A stretch of DNA of 64,000 bases from a virus (IMGVR_UViG_3300032046_000009), one strand, 5' to 3'. Positions 25,932 through 35,223 are shown, counted from the stretch's first letter. Notes: generated from the letters alone by a model not told the origin. Program-made: numbers and translations.

Positions 25932-26251
25932 CTGAATTGCACCTTAACCTTTGGTTCTTTACCGTCTTTAGTGAATGGTTTATTAGGGTCAATTATGTTT
26001 ATCGTAAATTGTTCTGAACTATTGTGGTATTCCCAATAAAAACAACCGTCAGCTAAATCTTTGAGAATATAGTCTATACAATCATCGTTACAAACTACGT
26101 CCTCAAAATCTGTGCCATTATATTCTTTCTTAACTTTCTCTTTCACTTGTTCAAGAGTCAAATCTAGCAAACCGCGTTTTCTCAGTTGTTCGACTAACTC
26201 TTCCGCGTCCCCAACTTGAAAATCATCTAAGATTTTTAATCCGACAATCAT
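25928..26251 (-). CDS. VxFT-tail family variant (KVKVQFS; S=AGT with a TTGA junction)
   Basis: track ORF. Confidence 0.55.
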   Translation of the reverse strand: MIVGLKILDDFQVGDAEELVEQLRKRGLLDLTLEQVKEKVKKEYNGTDFEDVVCNDDCIDYILKDLADGCFYWEYHNSSEQFTINIIDPNKPFTKDGKEPKVKVQFS

Positions 26252-26469
26252 GTGAATTTCACCATTTCTGGTTCTACGTCCTCAACTTTTCTGTAACCGC
26301 ATTTTTTAATTCCTTTCGCGGTATCTAAGCGTTGTTTTCTCGTACATTCTTCACAATAACATTCATGTATCTTTTTGTGAAATTGTGAAACTCGAATGCC
26401 GACAGAACACATATCATTACCATTACAGTAAAATTCTTTTTTGCAATTCGCACATCTGACCTTAATCAT
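26248..26469 (-). CDS. VxFT-tail family (EMVKFT), CxxCxxxFxC subfamily, first member of array 5
   Basis: track ORF. Confidence 0.6.
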   Translation of the reverse strand: MIKVRCANCKKEFYCNGNDMCSVGIRVSQFHKKIHECYCEECTRKQRLDTAKGIKKCGYRKVEDVEPEMVKFT

Positions 26470-26611
26470 TCTGTTGTTCTCCCTTTCAATGCTAAAACTA
26501 TTAATGGGTCATTGAGAAGGAAAAAAAGGAAAAGAAGAAATTCAGAATGGGTGTAATAGGCAATAATATTGCCCGTAACCAAAACCCATTTCTGATAAAC
26601 TTTCCAGAAAT

Positions 26612-27478
26612 TCATAGGAAAACTCTCTCGGCATGAATCCTTGTGTTAATGGTTTTGTCGTTAAATTCATAAGGTTTACCGTTCTGTTCGAACTTTGGAA
26701 ACGAAATTTTCATAGAGTTTTCGCCCTCTCTGTCAACCCAGAGAAATTCGCCTTTTCGCAAACTCATAACTACATTTGCTATTCTCTGTCCCTTCTCTGA
26801 ACCAAATGCCCTTTTCAATTTCGAGATGTCGTTATCGCCAGCGAGAGAACCTATCAGTAGATATTTTGTGCGCTCAACTATCTGAGTAGAAATGTCACTC
26901 AGACGTTGACCTATTCCTATGAAGAATTGACTATAATTTCTTGATTCGCTCCAAATCTTCAACCAGAAGTCAGATTTCTTGTAAGAACCAAACAAGTTCT
27001 GAATCTCTTCCAGAACGTAGATTCTCTGGATTTCTGCCGTCCCGTTGTTCTTGTTCATTGATTCTCTCTGAATGTAATAGTCTTGTCCGACTAAGTTTTC
27101 GACTAGGCTAACATTTTTTGCAGTTGATAAGAATCCCAAATCAAGCAAAACTGTTTTCTCGTCCTCTGGAATGCTCGGTTTCTTTGTTATGTCAACGTAG
27201 GGTATTTCATCAAATGTGAGTTTCCATGTATTAGCACTATCGCCTATTCGAATTACTATTTTTCCCTCTTTATATCTTTGTGAGTTTCGAATGTATCTTA
27301 CTATGTGCTTCACGGCGTTTGTCTTGCCCGTTCCCCCTAGCCCAATAACAAGCAATCTTCCGTTATCGACTAGGTTCTTCACTATCATTTCAAGTATTGC
27401 ATCGCTCATTTCTTGAACCTTATCGGGTTCAGATATTTCAACCGCGATTTTATTTTCTGTTTCGGTCATTCCATTCAC
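26612..27478 (-). CDS. P-loop NTPase (288 aa)
   Basis: Walker A GLGGTGKT; hydrophobic-D Walker B candidates. Confidence 0.55.
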   Translation of the reverse strand: MNGMTETENKIAVEISEPDKVQEMSDAILEMIVKNLVDNGRLLVIGLGGTGKTNAVKHIVRYIRNSQRYKEGKIVIRIGDSANTWKLTFDEIPYVDITKKPSIPEDEKTVLLDLGFLSTAKNVSLVENLVGQDYYIQRESMNKNNGTAEIQRIYVLEEIQNLFGSYKKSDFWLKIWSESRNYSQFFIGIGQRLSDISTQIVERTKYLLIGSLAGDNDISKLKRAFGSEKGQRIANVVMSLRKGEFLWVDREGENSMKISFPKFEQNGKPYEFNDKTINTRIHAERVFL

Positions 27479-27736
27479 CTAAAGTGGTGTTGCCATACTG
27501 CTTAATAGTACATTCATAAACTCTATGAATGCCAAAGCTAACAACAAACCCCCGAAAATCCAAAAACACGCAAGTTTCTTCGAACGGAACATTGAAAACT
27601 CTTCCATACGTTTATCTCGAACAAGCATTGCTCTACGTTGTCTTTCTTTTAGCTTTTGAACTGCCGTTTCAATATCCATTTCGTTTTCTGGATTAACACT
27701 CAAATCACGCATTAATGTTTCTTTTTTCTTTGTCAT
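27479..27736 (-). CDS. small membrane-anchored protein (85 aa)
   Basis: track ORF; C-terminal TM segment. Confidence 0.45.
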   Translation of the reverse strand: MTKKKETLMRDLSVNPENEMDIETAVQKLKERQRRAMLVRDKRMEEFSMFRSKKLACFWIFGGLLLALAFIEFMNVLLSSMATPL

Positions 27737-27799
27737 CTAATCTACCCTGAATTATTAATAGCATCGACCCTTATAAACCTTTGCCCTAAAACCCCATAC

Positions 27800-28090
27800 T
27801 CAAGTGAAGGACACCTTTTCTGCCCCATTCTTTGCCTTTTCCTCTTCTTGGCGTTTGTCATCTAAATCTCCTAGATAACAGTCAATAGTATCCCAAGTTA
27901 CACCTATTGTTGCGTCATGTCTATGTTCCATTATGTCAATAATTTCCTCTGCTTCATTTTTGGTAATTTTCATACCCCTGTCTTTTGCCCGTCCCAGAAC
28001 GTCCTCAACATTCCAAATTATTAGACAGATATGTTCGTTTGGCTTGTTATAATTCTGAATGTGCTTTATTGCATCTTCTCTTGTTGTCAT
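27800..28090 (-). CDS. VxFT-tail family singleton (AEKVSFT), non-Cys
   Basis: track ORF; promoter box 28110-28150. Confidence 0.55.
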   Translation of the reverse strand: MTTREDAIKHIQNYNKPNEHICLIIWNVEDVLGRAKDRGMKITKNEAEEIIDIMEHRHDATIGVTWDTIDCYLGDLDDKRQEEEKAKNGAEKVSFT

Positions 28091-28248
28091 ATTAGGATAT
28101 ATTATCAGCGTCCCTTATAAACTTTTGCCTAGAACATCCATGCCAATATAACCGTCTGTCCAAGCCCTTGTGCCATCAAAAGCCACTTTTTTAAACAGTT
28201 GATTAACTCGACTTTGGAAAAAATTCCACGGTCTTTCCAATAAATTAA

Positions 28249-28264
28249 TTAATCAACTGATTAA
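28249..28264. promoter_or_regulatory. palindromic site TTAATCAACTGATTAA (plus degenerate copy at 28191-28206)
   Basis: TTAATCA-NN-TGATTAA family. Confidence 0.6.
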
Positions 28265-28417
28265 AATTTCTCAAATTTGCCGTTCCGCCCACAGTAGTAG
28301 TGTTTAAGAAGGGTTCATATATAAAACCAGAAGAGTTTGTTATGTTTTAAAGTTACAGAAAATTAAAGCAGTATGCCCTAAAATGGATAACTAGATTAAA
28401 AAAGAGAAATATAGAGA

Positions 28418-28432
28418 GCAATTAAAAAAATG
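28418..28432 (-). terminator. oligo-T terminator (A7 on plus strand) after 28435..29115
   Basis: T7 run on the minus strand directly 3 prime of the stop. Confidence 0.45.
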
Positions 28433-28434
28433 CT

Positions 28435-29115
28435 CTATTGTTTGGTATTTTTGTTTTTGGTTTCTTTGACGCAAACACACTTTCGATTGTTGAGCAATGC
28501 CCCAATTATCAGTCCTAGTATGAAAGTCAGTATGATTATCAAGAGCCAACATGGGTTACAGTCTTTCTTGTTGTCGGTGATATAGACGTAGAATGGCTTG
28601 TCAACGTAAACAACTCTGTTCACGTAAAGGACTTTCTCGATGTACTTGATGACTTCTTTTGGCACTTCGATATAGACCGTGTTGTTGCAGTATTTGATTA
28701 TTTCGACTTCCTTGATGACTTCGACAGGCACTTCCTTAATGACTTCTTTGATGACCTCTATTGGCACTTCAACGTAAACGACTGTTTCAACAACTTTGTC
28801 AACATAGACAATCTTTTCAACTATTCTGTCAATGTAAACAGTCTTTTCCACTATTCTGTCTTTGTAAACGATTTTCTCAACAACTCTGTCAACGTACACT
28901 ATTCTGTCCACGTAAACAGGAACTTCAACCGTTTGGTTGACGTAAACAATTCTGTCCACGTAGATTATTTTGGTCTTGTTGTTACAAGAGTTGCCATCGT
29001 CACCGTCATTGCAATTTGGCTTATCATTGTCGTCAGAAGCAAATGCTGGAACTATCACTATTGGTATCACTAACGCAATCAAAAGCGCGATTATTATCAA
29101 ATTTCTTTTTTTCAT
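28435..29115 (-). CDS. secreted/surface repetitive protein: signal peptide, approx 11-aa (33-bp) VYVDRIVEK-type tandem repeats, C-terminal TM anchor
   Basis: track ORF; N-terminal hydrophobic leader; DNA tandem repeats 28790-28960; C-terminal hydrophobic helix plus basic tail. Confidence 0.55.
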   Translation of the reverse strand: MKKRNLIIIALLIALVIPIVIVPAFASDDNDKPNCNDGDDGNSCNNKTKIIYVDRIVYVNQTVEVPVYVDRIVYVDRVVEKIVYKDRIVEKTVYIDRIVEKIVYVDKVVETVVYVEVPIEVIKEVIKEVPVEVIKEVEIIKYCNNTVYIEVPKEVIKYIEKVLYVNRVVYVDKPFYVYITDNKKDCNPCWLLIIILTFILGLIIGALLNNRKCVCVKETKNKNTKQ

Positions 29116-29202
29116 TTTTCTCGACCTTACTAGAATACTATAACAATCCTCTATATAAATGTTTACTAAGAAAACCCATATACAAAAAAAGAAAGGAAGA
29201 TT

Positions 29203-30099
29203 TTATGGAGTTGTCGAATTGGTTGGCAGTTGGAAGAACGGAATTATACCGCTTCCGTAATAGGTCGGCAGTTTGCCGTCCCATTGTTGCAGATAGAGAT
29301 ATTGAAGATATTCTGGGCTAACATTTAGTTTCTGTGCGATTAATTGCAATGCTTCCGCGTCTGCATTGGCTTTTGCCAAAGTTGCGTATGCGTATGCGTC
29401 TGCTTCAATTCTTGTCATGTTTGCTTGTGCTTGTTGCTTGAGAATTTCCTGTTCCTGTTGATAGCGAACTATTTCTAAGTTGTTCTTTTCTGTGATTGCT
29501 TGCTGTTCGGCTGTTACTTTGTTCTCAATGGCTTCGTTGAACTTTGTTGAGAATGCGAAGTTCTCTAGCTGAACGTCAACGACTGTTATGTGATAATCCT
29601 TTATTCGTGAGCGAAGTGTGTCTAAAAAGAGAACTTTTACTGCATCTCGTTTTTGGAGAAGTTCTTCTGCTTTGAAAGTAGAGATTGAACCTTTTAGACT
29701 TTCTTGCATGTTGTTGATTATAACCCGTGATTCCCAATCTGTGCGGAGTGTTCTGTAAATATCCTCTGCAAATCCAGACTCAATTCGATAGTTTATTGCA
29801 ACTGTGGTTGTGACTTCTTGCATGTCGTTAGTTCCACAAGACATGTTTGCTAGTTCTGCTTTATGAATCTGCAAGTCAATGTTCACTATGTCTTGTCCAA
29901 ACCAAATGTTGACCCAATGAATGCCTTCACCCGTTGTGCCTGTAATTTGCCCGAATTGAGTAGAAACGCCTATGTAACCGCTTGGAACAGTCCTGATTCC
30001 TAGAACGCCTGTCAACACTAGAAATGCGGAAATGATGACAACAATAGCAATTCGAATAATGCTCCATTCGCCGTTTTTATTCTTTAGTATATTTCTCAT
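29203..30099 (-). CDS. SPFH/band-7 (prohibitin/stomatin-like) membrane protein
   Basis: N-terminal TM then GYIGVSTQFGQI...GIHW block characteristic of SPFH; C-terminal coiled coil; 298 aa. Confidence 0.65.
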   Translation of the reverse strand: MRNILKNKNGEWSIIRIAIVVIISAFLVLTGVLGIRTVPSGYIGVSTQFGQITGTTGEGIHWVNIWFGQDIVNIDLQIHKAELANMSCGTNDMQEVTTTVAINYRIESGFAEDIYRTLRTDWESRVIINNMQESLKGSISTFKAEELLQKRDAVKVLFLDTLRSRIKDYHITVVDVQLENFAFSTKFNEAIENKVTAEQQAITEKNNLEIVRYQQEQEILKQQAQANMTRIEADAYAYATLAKANADAEALQLIAQKLNVSPEYLQYLYLQQWDGKLPTYYGSGIIPFFQLPTNSTTP

Positions 30100-30167
30100 T
30101 TATTCTCGACCTTACTGAAAGTAAGTTATCAGCGTCACTTATAAACCTTCGCTAAGAAAGTCCATGT

Positions 30168-30437
30168 TCAAGTAAATTGAACACGTTCGGGTTCGTTCCA
30201 GATTTCAACTCGTCTTTGCCAAGCTAAACGGCGAACCCCTAAATTAAGTGAAATAGAAGGATAATAAGATTCTCCGCTATGAAGTAGTGCCACGTTGTTG
30301 TGAACAATCGCACCATTATATAGTGCAAGAGAATGTATAAACGCATCTCTGTGAAGTTTCTCGTGTTCCTCTCTAGCAAGAAGAATAAATTTTGTTTTGC
30401 ATCCACATTGCAGATATTGTTTTACTTTTTCACTCAC
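30168..30437 (-). CDS. VxFT-tail family singleton (PERVQFT)
   Basis: track ORF; stop embedded in a promoter box. Confidence 0.55.
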   Translation of the reverse strand: MSEKVKQYLQCGCKTKFILLAREEHEKLHRDAFIHSLALYNGAIVHNNVALLHSGESYYPSISLNLGVRRLAWQRRVEIWNEPERVQFT

Positions 30438-30439
30438 GG

Positions 30440-30455
30440 TTAAACACCTGATTAA
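30440..30455. promoter_or_regulatory. degenerate palindromic site TTAAACACCTGATTAA
   Basis: one mismatch to the family consensus. Confidence 0.4.
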
Positions 30456-30592
30456 TTAGTCAGAGGGAAATTTAGGAACGACAAAAAGAATTTCTTCGCC
30501 TTTCTCGGCTAGTTTCCACGCCTCTCGCTCCGCGTCTGCTTTTCTTTTAGCCTTAACTTCAAATTTACGTTTGCTAGTTACAACTGTCCACT

Positions 30593-30817
30593 TCAAGTGA
30601 ACATCACCTTTTCGCTAATAAAGCCTTTCCAGCGTTTGTTTGATTCCTCTCTCATTTCTCTAAGTTTTTGTTCTACGTTATCTCTGGAATAATCTATGTT
30701 AGTTTTCAAAGGATGAGTTTTCATATACGTCTGCCATTCTTTATTGCATTCAAAACAAGTGTCCGAAGGATTAAAGATTCTCCGTCCGCATCGAATACAA
30801 TGTCTTTCTTTAGTCAT
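30593..30817 (-). CDS. VxFT-tail family singleton (SEKVMFT), Cys-rich
   Basis: track ORF. Confidence 0.55.
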   Translation of the reverse strand: MTKERHCIRCGRRIFNPSDTCFECNKEWQTYMKTHPLKTNIDYSRDNVEQKLREMREESNKRWKGFISEKVMFT

Positions 30818-30974
30818 TGATTCAACCTATTCCTTGCTAACCAAAGTTCTGATATTTGTAATTGCCCTTCACGTTCGCCTTTTACTCTGCTATCGCACCA
30901 CTTTCTAAATTCCATTTCGTCAACTAAGAAGCATCGTTCACGAAGAAGTTTCAATGCTCGGCGTTCGTCTTGAT

Positions 30975-31241
30975 TCATAGTTTTCGCTCTCTAGTGTTTC
31001 TCCATTTGTGGTATCCTCTCGTGTGCGCTAAACACAAACAAGAATCTGGTACTCTTGCTGTTTGACCGCATTTGACACACGACCCATATAGCGCACGTTT
31101 TCGAAATTCCTCTTCGGATATTCCCAGATAATCCCAAATGGCAAGATGTTTTCGTAATTGTCCCCTATTCATACATCTTACGTTCATGCTAAACGCCCCA
31201 GATGTTGAATGAATTGCTGTCCCTGTGGTGAAGTAACCCAA
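30975..31241 (-). CDS. Cys/His-rich small protein (88 aa), no VxFT tail
   Basis: track ORF. Confidence 0.45.
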   Translation of the reverse strand: MGYFTTGTAIHSTSGAFSMNVRCMNRGQLRKHLAIWDYLGISEEEFRKRALYGSCVKCGQTARVPDSCLCLAHTRGYHKWRNTRERKL

Positions 31242-31335
31242 CTAAGAAACCATATCCAAGTTCCAAAGCTAGACATACCAATCCACACCCAATTTCGCCA
31301 ATCTCGGATTTCTTTCTTCCAATTTATTTTGTTCA

Positions 31336-31599
31336 TTATTGGTTCCCTTCCATATTGTAAAGTTGTGCTAGTGGAGATTTCTCAGTTGGCAACATTATGT
31401 GAGATGTGTGTAACCAATGAACGTGAGGATGACACTTCATAGATTCAAGACAACTTTCATAATGAGCCTTATCGCCAACAATTTCTCTTTTCGACCAAGC
31501 CCTCAAATTTCCCATACCTTCACCGTAATATCTAGCTTGCATACTGCAAACTGAGCATCGCCCGTTAGAACCCCAATGATGTTCTCGACATTCGCTCAT
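31336..31599 (-). CDS. Cys/His-rich small protein (87 aa)
   Basis: track ORF. Confidence 0.45.
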   Translation of the reverse strand: MSECREHHWGSNGRCSVCSMQARYYGEGMGNLRAWSKREIVGDKAHYESCLESMKCHPHVHWLHTSHIMLPTEKSPLAQLYNMEGNQ

Positions 31600-31817
31600 C
31601 TGAAAACACCTTTGCTTTCTAGGTATAGGTCTGAATATTCTATTAGTTCACCTATATTCATTATCAGTATTCGAATGGTTTCTTGAGCAATCATTTTTTC
31701 TAAATCCCTTTCGATTCGTTTATCTTGTGTTCGAATTATTTTCAGTCTTTCTTTGAGCATTTTACGGGGAACTTCACGACAACCGTTGCACTCGTGACAG
31801 TTACAACCGCTATTCAT
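31596..31817 (-). CDS. small protein (73 aa, CNCHECNGC)
   Basis: track ORF. Confidence 0.45.
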   Translation of the reverse strand: MNSGCNCHECNGCREVPRKMLKERLKIIRTQDKRIERDLEKMIAQETIRILIMNIGELIEYSDLYLESKGVFR

Positions 31818-32067
31818 AGTTCCAATACCTCAGTTTGTAGTTGTCAAGCCAAACTCTAAGTTGCCAATACCGATATTGTAATTCTAGTTTGATTTTTGTT
31901 AATACCTGATGTCGTCTATGCCTTTCGCTTAGATAATTCTCATAATCAGAGCATCCCGTTGCATAAGCACATTTCGGACAAACCTTTTTTGGGTTAACCG
32001 TTTCCCCTATTTGACATTCTATTTCACTCTTTGGAGTTTCCCGATTTCTAAGTCTAACGTGTGCCAT
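31810..32067 (-). CDS. small Zn-finger-like protein (85 aa)
   Basis: track ORF. Confidence 0.45.
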   Translation of the reverse strand: MAHVRLRNRETPKSEIECQIGETVNPKKVCPKCAYATGCSDYENYLSERHRRHQVLTKIKLELQYRYWQLRVWLDNYKLRYWNYE

Positions 32068-32258
32068 TATCTTATTTCTCCTTTATAGCCACACTTTTTA
32101 CATGTTGCGTGAAAATCTGTCCGACCCTCTGACTTTACTATTCCCTCAATATGCCTGTACGCTTCTGCCTTTGCTTTCTTCGATAACTTTGAACGATTCA
32201 CATCGTATGCGATTTTTGAACTTCCGCAATTAGGACACTTCATTTTAATCGCTTCCAT
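32067..32258 (-). CDS. zinc-ribbon protein (63 aa, CPNC...CKKC)
   Basis: track ORF. Confidence 0.5.
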   Translation of the reverse strand: MEAIKMKCPNCGSSKIAYDVNRSKLSKKAKAEAYRHIEGIVKSEGRTDFHATCKKCGYKGEIR

Positions 32259-32514
32259 TGTAGAGTTTCCAAATGTCTTTGCCGAAGATTTCCATAACTA
32301 ACTCGAAAGCATAGTGGTCATTATCGTTATCTTCACACCAATCTTCGCCGAGTTTTTCGTCCATGATTTTTTTGGCGAATGCGTAAACTTTACGGAAATA
32401 TTCTATCTTTTCTTTGTCTGTAAAAGATTCAAAAGTTCTGAGTTGTTTTGATTCTTTTTCCATCTCTGCAATCTTCGTCAATTCGCTTTCGAGTTTTCGT
32501 TTTCTTGTTTCCAT
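32245..32514 (-). CDS. acidic small protein (89 aa)
   Basis: track ORF. Confidence 0.45.
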   Translation of the reverse strand: METRKRKLESELTKIAEMEKESKQLRTFESFTDKEKIEYFRKVYAFAKKIMDEKLGEDWCEDNDNDHYAFELVMEIFGKDIWKLYNGSD

Positions 32515-32807
32515 CTTCAGTCACTATCTATGTTTGTTTCTTCGACAACTATTTCTTTATCCTTCTCAACGATTTCGCAAACTTTTCCGAATTGAGTTGT
32601 GTAGCCCAATATCTTCTTTGTCATTTCAACCACTTTATACTTATGTTATAACAGCGTAACTAATAAAGGTTTCCCTAGAAAGACCATACTCAATCACGTT
32701 TGAACGGTTCTGGGGGTTTGTGCTTCTCATACTTCAAGTGAGCGAATATAACCACACCGAGAAAGTAGAGAGCCATCAAGCCGTAGAATTGAAGTTCGGT
32801 CAACATA

Positions 32808-32823
32808 TTAATCACTTGATTAA
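32808..32823. promoter_or_regulatory. palindromic site TTAATCACTTGATTAA lying inside an operon (between the ATPase stop and a small TM gene start)
   Basis: TTAATCA-NN-TGATTAA family. Confidence 0.55.
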
Positions 32824-33756
32824 TTGAAGTATCCCATCTTTACTTATTTGGAGTTTGTGGTATCGCATATCAGCCTTGCCTAGCCGACACTTGAGAACCC
32901 GTATGAAGTGTAGAAGTTCGCCTTGTTTTGCTTCGGTGTCGATTTTCATTTGAGCGTCCCAACTTGAGAGTTTCTTAAAGTTGATTTCAAACTCCACGTC
33001 TAGCAAATGGCTTAATGCAATGCCCCCTGCAAGTCCGTGTTGGTCAACTGATTCCTCATTTGCTTTCTGTGAGATAAAGATTCCTGTCACGCCTTTCTTC
33101 TGATTATAGCGGACAAATTCGCCTAAGTGGAATTTCAGTCCAGCACGATAATCATCTAGGAGAGTTAACGAATCGACAATTAGAAACTCAGCCTTTTCCT
33201 GTTCTACGAGTACGCGATAAGTTGAAACAAGTGTATTCCATTCTCTAAGTTCGCCGTGTGCAATAACGTCCAGCACAAAAAGATTCTGCTTTATGTTTTC
33301 CCAACTCAGTCCCAGAAAAGTTGCCATCTGTTTCATTCGACTCTGCAAATCAAATCTGTCGTTGTCAGCTTGGAAAATATCTTCGCTAGTTGTGAAAATA
33401 ACTTTGTTTCCGTCACTAGCTAATCTGAGCGCAACTTCCTGAGCGATTAAAGACTTGCCGACATCTGGGTTTCCGACCACACCTATCTGTGCAACTTTCG
33501 GAATGCCCCCCATAGGTTTATCGTCTTTGTCTAAGAAGAAATTGTCTAGGAAGGTTCTGCTTTTGAATAATGCTATTTGTGTCTTTATCTTTGCATCGTT
33601 CGGTCTAGTGGTCAGAAAGTCTTTAGTAAGTTGAATTGGTTTGTTAAAACTCTCTAGCGTTCCATCATTCTGAGCCTTAGCGATTATCTCTTCCATTCTC
33701 TCCATTACAGATTTAGCTCTTTCCTCTAGTTCTTTTTTACTTTGTTCTTCGCTCAT
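32812..33756 (-). CDS. RecA-superfamily ATPase (KaiC/DnaB/RadA-like)
   Basis: Walker A GNPDVGKS; Walker B FLIVDSLTLL; 314 aa. Confidence 0.6.
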   Translation of the reverse strand: MSEEQSKKELEERAKSVMERMEEIIAKAQNDGTLESFNKPIQLTKDFLTTRPNDAKIKTQIALFKSRTFLDNFFLDKDDKPMGGIPKVAQIGVVGNPDVGKSLIAQEVALRLASDGNKVIFTTSEDIFQADNDRFDLQSRMKQMATFLGLSWENIKQNLFVLDVIAHGELREWNTLVSTYRVLVEQEKAEFLIVDSLTLLDDYRAGLKFHLGEFVRYNQKKGVTGIFISQKANEESVDQHGLAGGIALSHLLDVEFEINFKKLSSWDAQMKIDTEAKQGELLHFIRVLKCRLGKADMRYHKLQISKDGILQLIK

Positions 33757-33758
33757 TT

Positions 33759-33977
33759 TTATTCCTCTGTCTTTACTATCGCTTGAAGGATAATTTCTCG
33801 AAGTTTTACAACAGCCAGCGCAGTTGCTTTCGGTCTTGAACGCTGTGCATCGCCAGCACTTATAGAAACGGTTACTCTATGTCCACAATCATATTCAATC
33901 GACAAGTAACCTAATTCTTTCAGCGCGTCTAGTATTCCCTGTGCTTGTGCTTTTTGTTTTTCAGACATTTCAATCAC
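33759..33977 (-). CDS. hypothetical small protein (about 70 aa from the second ATG)
   Basis: track ORF; AAGGTGATTGAAATG leader. Confidence 0.45.
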   Translation of the reverse strand: MIEMSEKQKAQAQGILDALKELGYLSIEYDCGHRVTVSISAGDAQRSRPKATALAVVKLREIILQAIVKTEE

Positions 33978-34174
33978 CTTAAATTAGTGAATTTAAAGAA
34001 TCTCCAATGAATCTTCTTGTCCTCAAAGTCTATCTGCAAATAGATAAAATGTTCTATCTTTGGGTTTGGAACTATGCCTATCTGGAAATAGAAAGCTAGA
34101 TTAGAAAGCATCGCGTAGAATCTTTCGCCTAAATGGAAAGTACCTACGAATTTTATTTCGGACATTTCAATCAA
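33974..34174 (-). CDS. hypothetical small protein (about 64 aa)
   Basis: track ORF; TTGATTGAAATG leader. Confidence 0.45.
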   Translation of the reverse strand: MIEMSEIKFVGTFHLGERFYAMLSNLAFYFQIGIVPNPKIEHFIYLQIDFEDKKIHWRFFKFTNLR

Positions 34175-34175
34175 C

Positions 34176-34409
34176 TCAAGTGAATTGAACCTTTTCTTTT
34201 CCCGTCAACTTCTTTAACTCTTTTCTTAAACCTTCGTTTTCCTCTTTCAAGTCTAAGTATCGTAATTCGAAATGGTGAAGATAATTCGTAAGTGTTTCCA
34301 TTCTGTCGCGGTAAGTACGAATCGTTTCGCTCTCTAATCTCATTGCGTCCTCTAAAATTTTCGCTGTTGGACAACTATCGCATTTATCTTTCTTTCCCCA
34401 TCCGAACAT
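34176..34409 (-). CDS. VxFT-tail family singleton (KEKVQFT), coiled-coil-like
   Basis: track ORF. Confidence 0.55.
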   Translation of the reverse strand: MFGWGKKDKCDSCPTAKILEDAMRLESETIRTYRDRMETLTNYLHHFELRYLDLKEENEGLRKELKKLTGKEKVQFT

Positions 34410-34410
34410 T

Positions 34411-34728
34411 TCAATCGTCCTCTATTTCTTTGATTTCGATTTTGCCTTTTTGTATTTTGTTCTTTACCGAGTAAACTGTGACTAGAACCCAATATGCAAC
34501 TGTTGGAAGAGCGAAGAAAAATGAAACCCAATAATTTCCCAAACCCTGTCCGATAAAGACAATATACGCTCCCTGAACGCAAGCCATCGCCGACAAAGTT
34601 AGCAATGCCCCTAGCCAATCGTAGCCTTTCAAGATGTTTCGGTTCTTCAATACTGCCCTAATCAGCGCAGATGTGCCAAGCAGAAAGAGAATGTTAGAAA
34701 TGTTGAAAAGCATTGAGGGGTCTATCAT
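34411..34728 (-). CDS. multi-pass membrane protein (105 aa)
   Basis: track ORF; three hydrophobic segments. Confidence 0.45.
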   Translation of the reverse strand: MIDPSMLFNISNILFLLGTSALIRAVLKNRNILKGYDWLGALLTLSAMACVQGAYIVFIGQGLGNYWVSFFFALPTVAYWVLVTVYSVKNKIQKGKIEIKEIEDD

Positions 34729-35054
34729 TCTCTTTTCCCCTTTGCCTTTCCGCTTAGATATTCTTCTTTTGAAAAAATAAGAGCCAAACTAACATCGTGA
34801 ACTAATTCAATCGTTTTCACTACTCTTCCGTTGTTTTCAAGATATTTTATCTTCTCGCGTATCGCTTTTCGCAACTCTTTAGGAGTTTTCCCTTCTGCAT
34901 AAGCAGTATAATGATACTCTGCTCCCCGTTGCTTCTCTTCTGGAACTATGAAACCTATTTTTGCATTCCATTTGTCGTGTTTTTCTACTTGCATTCTAAT
35001 CTTCTCTACGTTTTCGTTTGTTCTTTTTTCCACCCAAATTCGGGTTTGGAACAA
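34725..35054 (-). CDS. hypothetical protein (109 aa, TTG start), possibly the downstream half of a frameshifted gene
   Basis: track ORF; upstream ORF (about 35010-35160) ends just after an A6/T6 homopolymer at 35021-35035. Confidence 0.4.
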   Translation of the reverse strand: MFQTRIWVEKRTNENVEKIRMQVEKHDKWNAKIGFIVPEEKQRGAEYHYTAYAEGKTPKELRKAIREKIKYLENNGRVVKTIELVHDVSLALIFSKEEYLSGKAKGKRE

Positions 35055-35223
35055 GCATCGTGACTAACGTATCGTAGCCATGTCTTTGTTGAATTTGTGT
35101 TATCCAAATCTTCTCGGACTTGGTATCTATCTTTTTCGTATCTCTGTCAACCATTTCAATCACTTTACTTCTATACTATCTCAATGTGACTTATAAACTT
35201 TGCGTTAGAACGTCCATGCTCGA

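Noticed and set aside
34352-34618. 88-aa minus ORF
   Set aside because: It is the alternative frame of the membrane protein gene 34411..34728.
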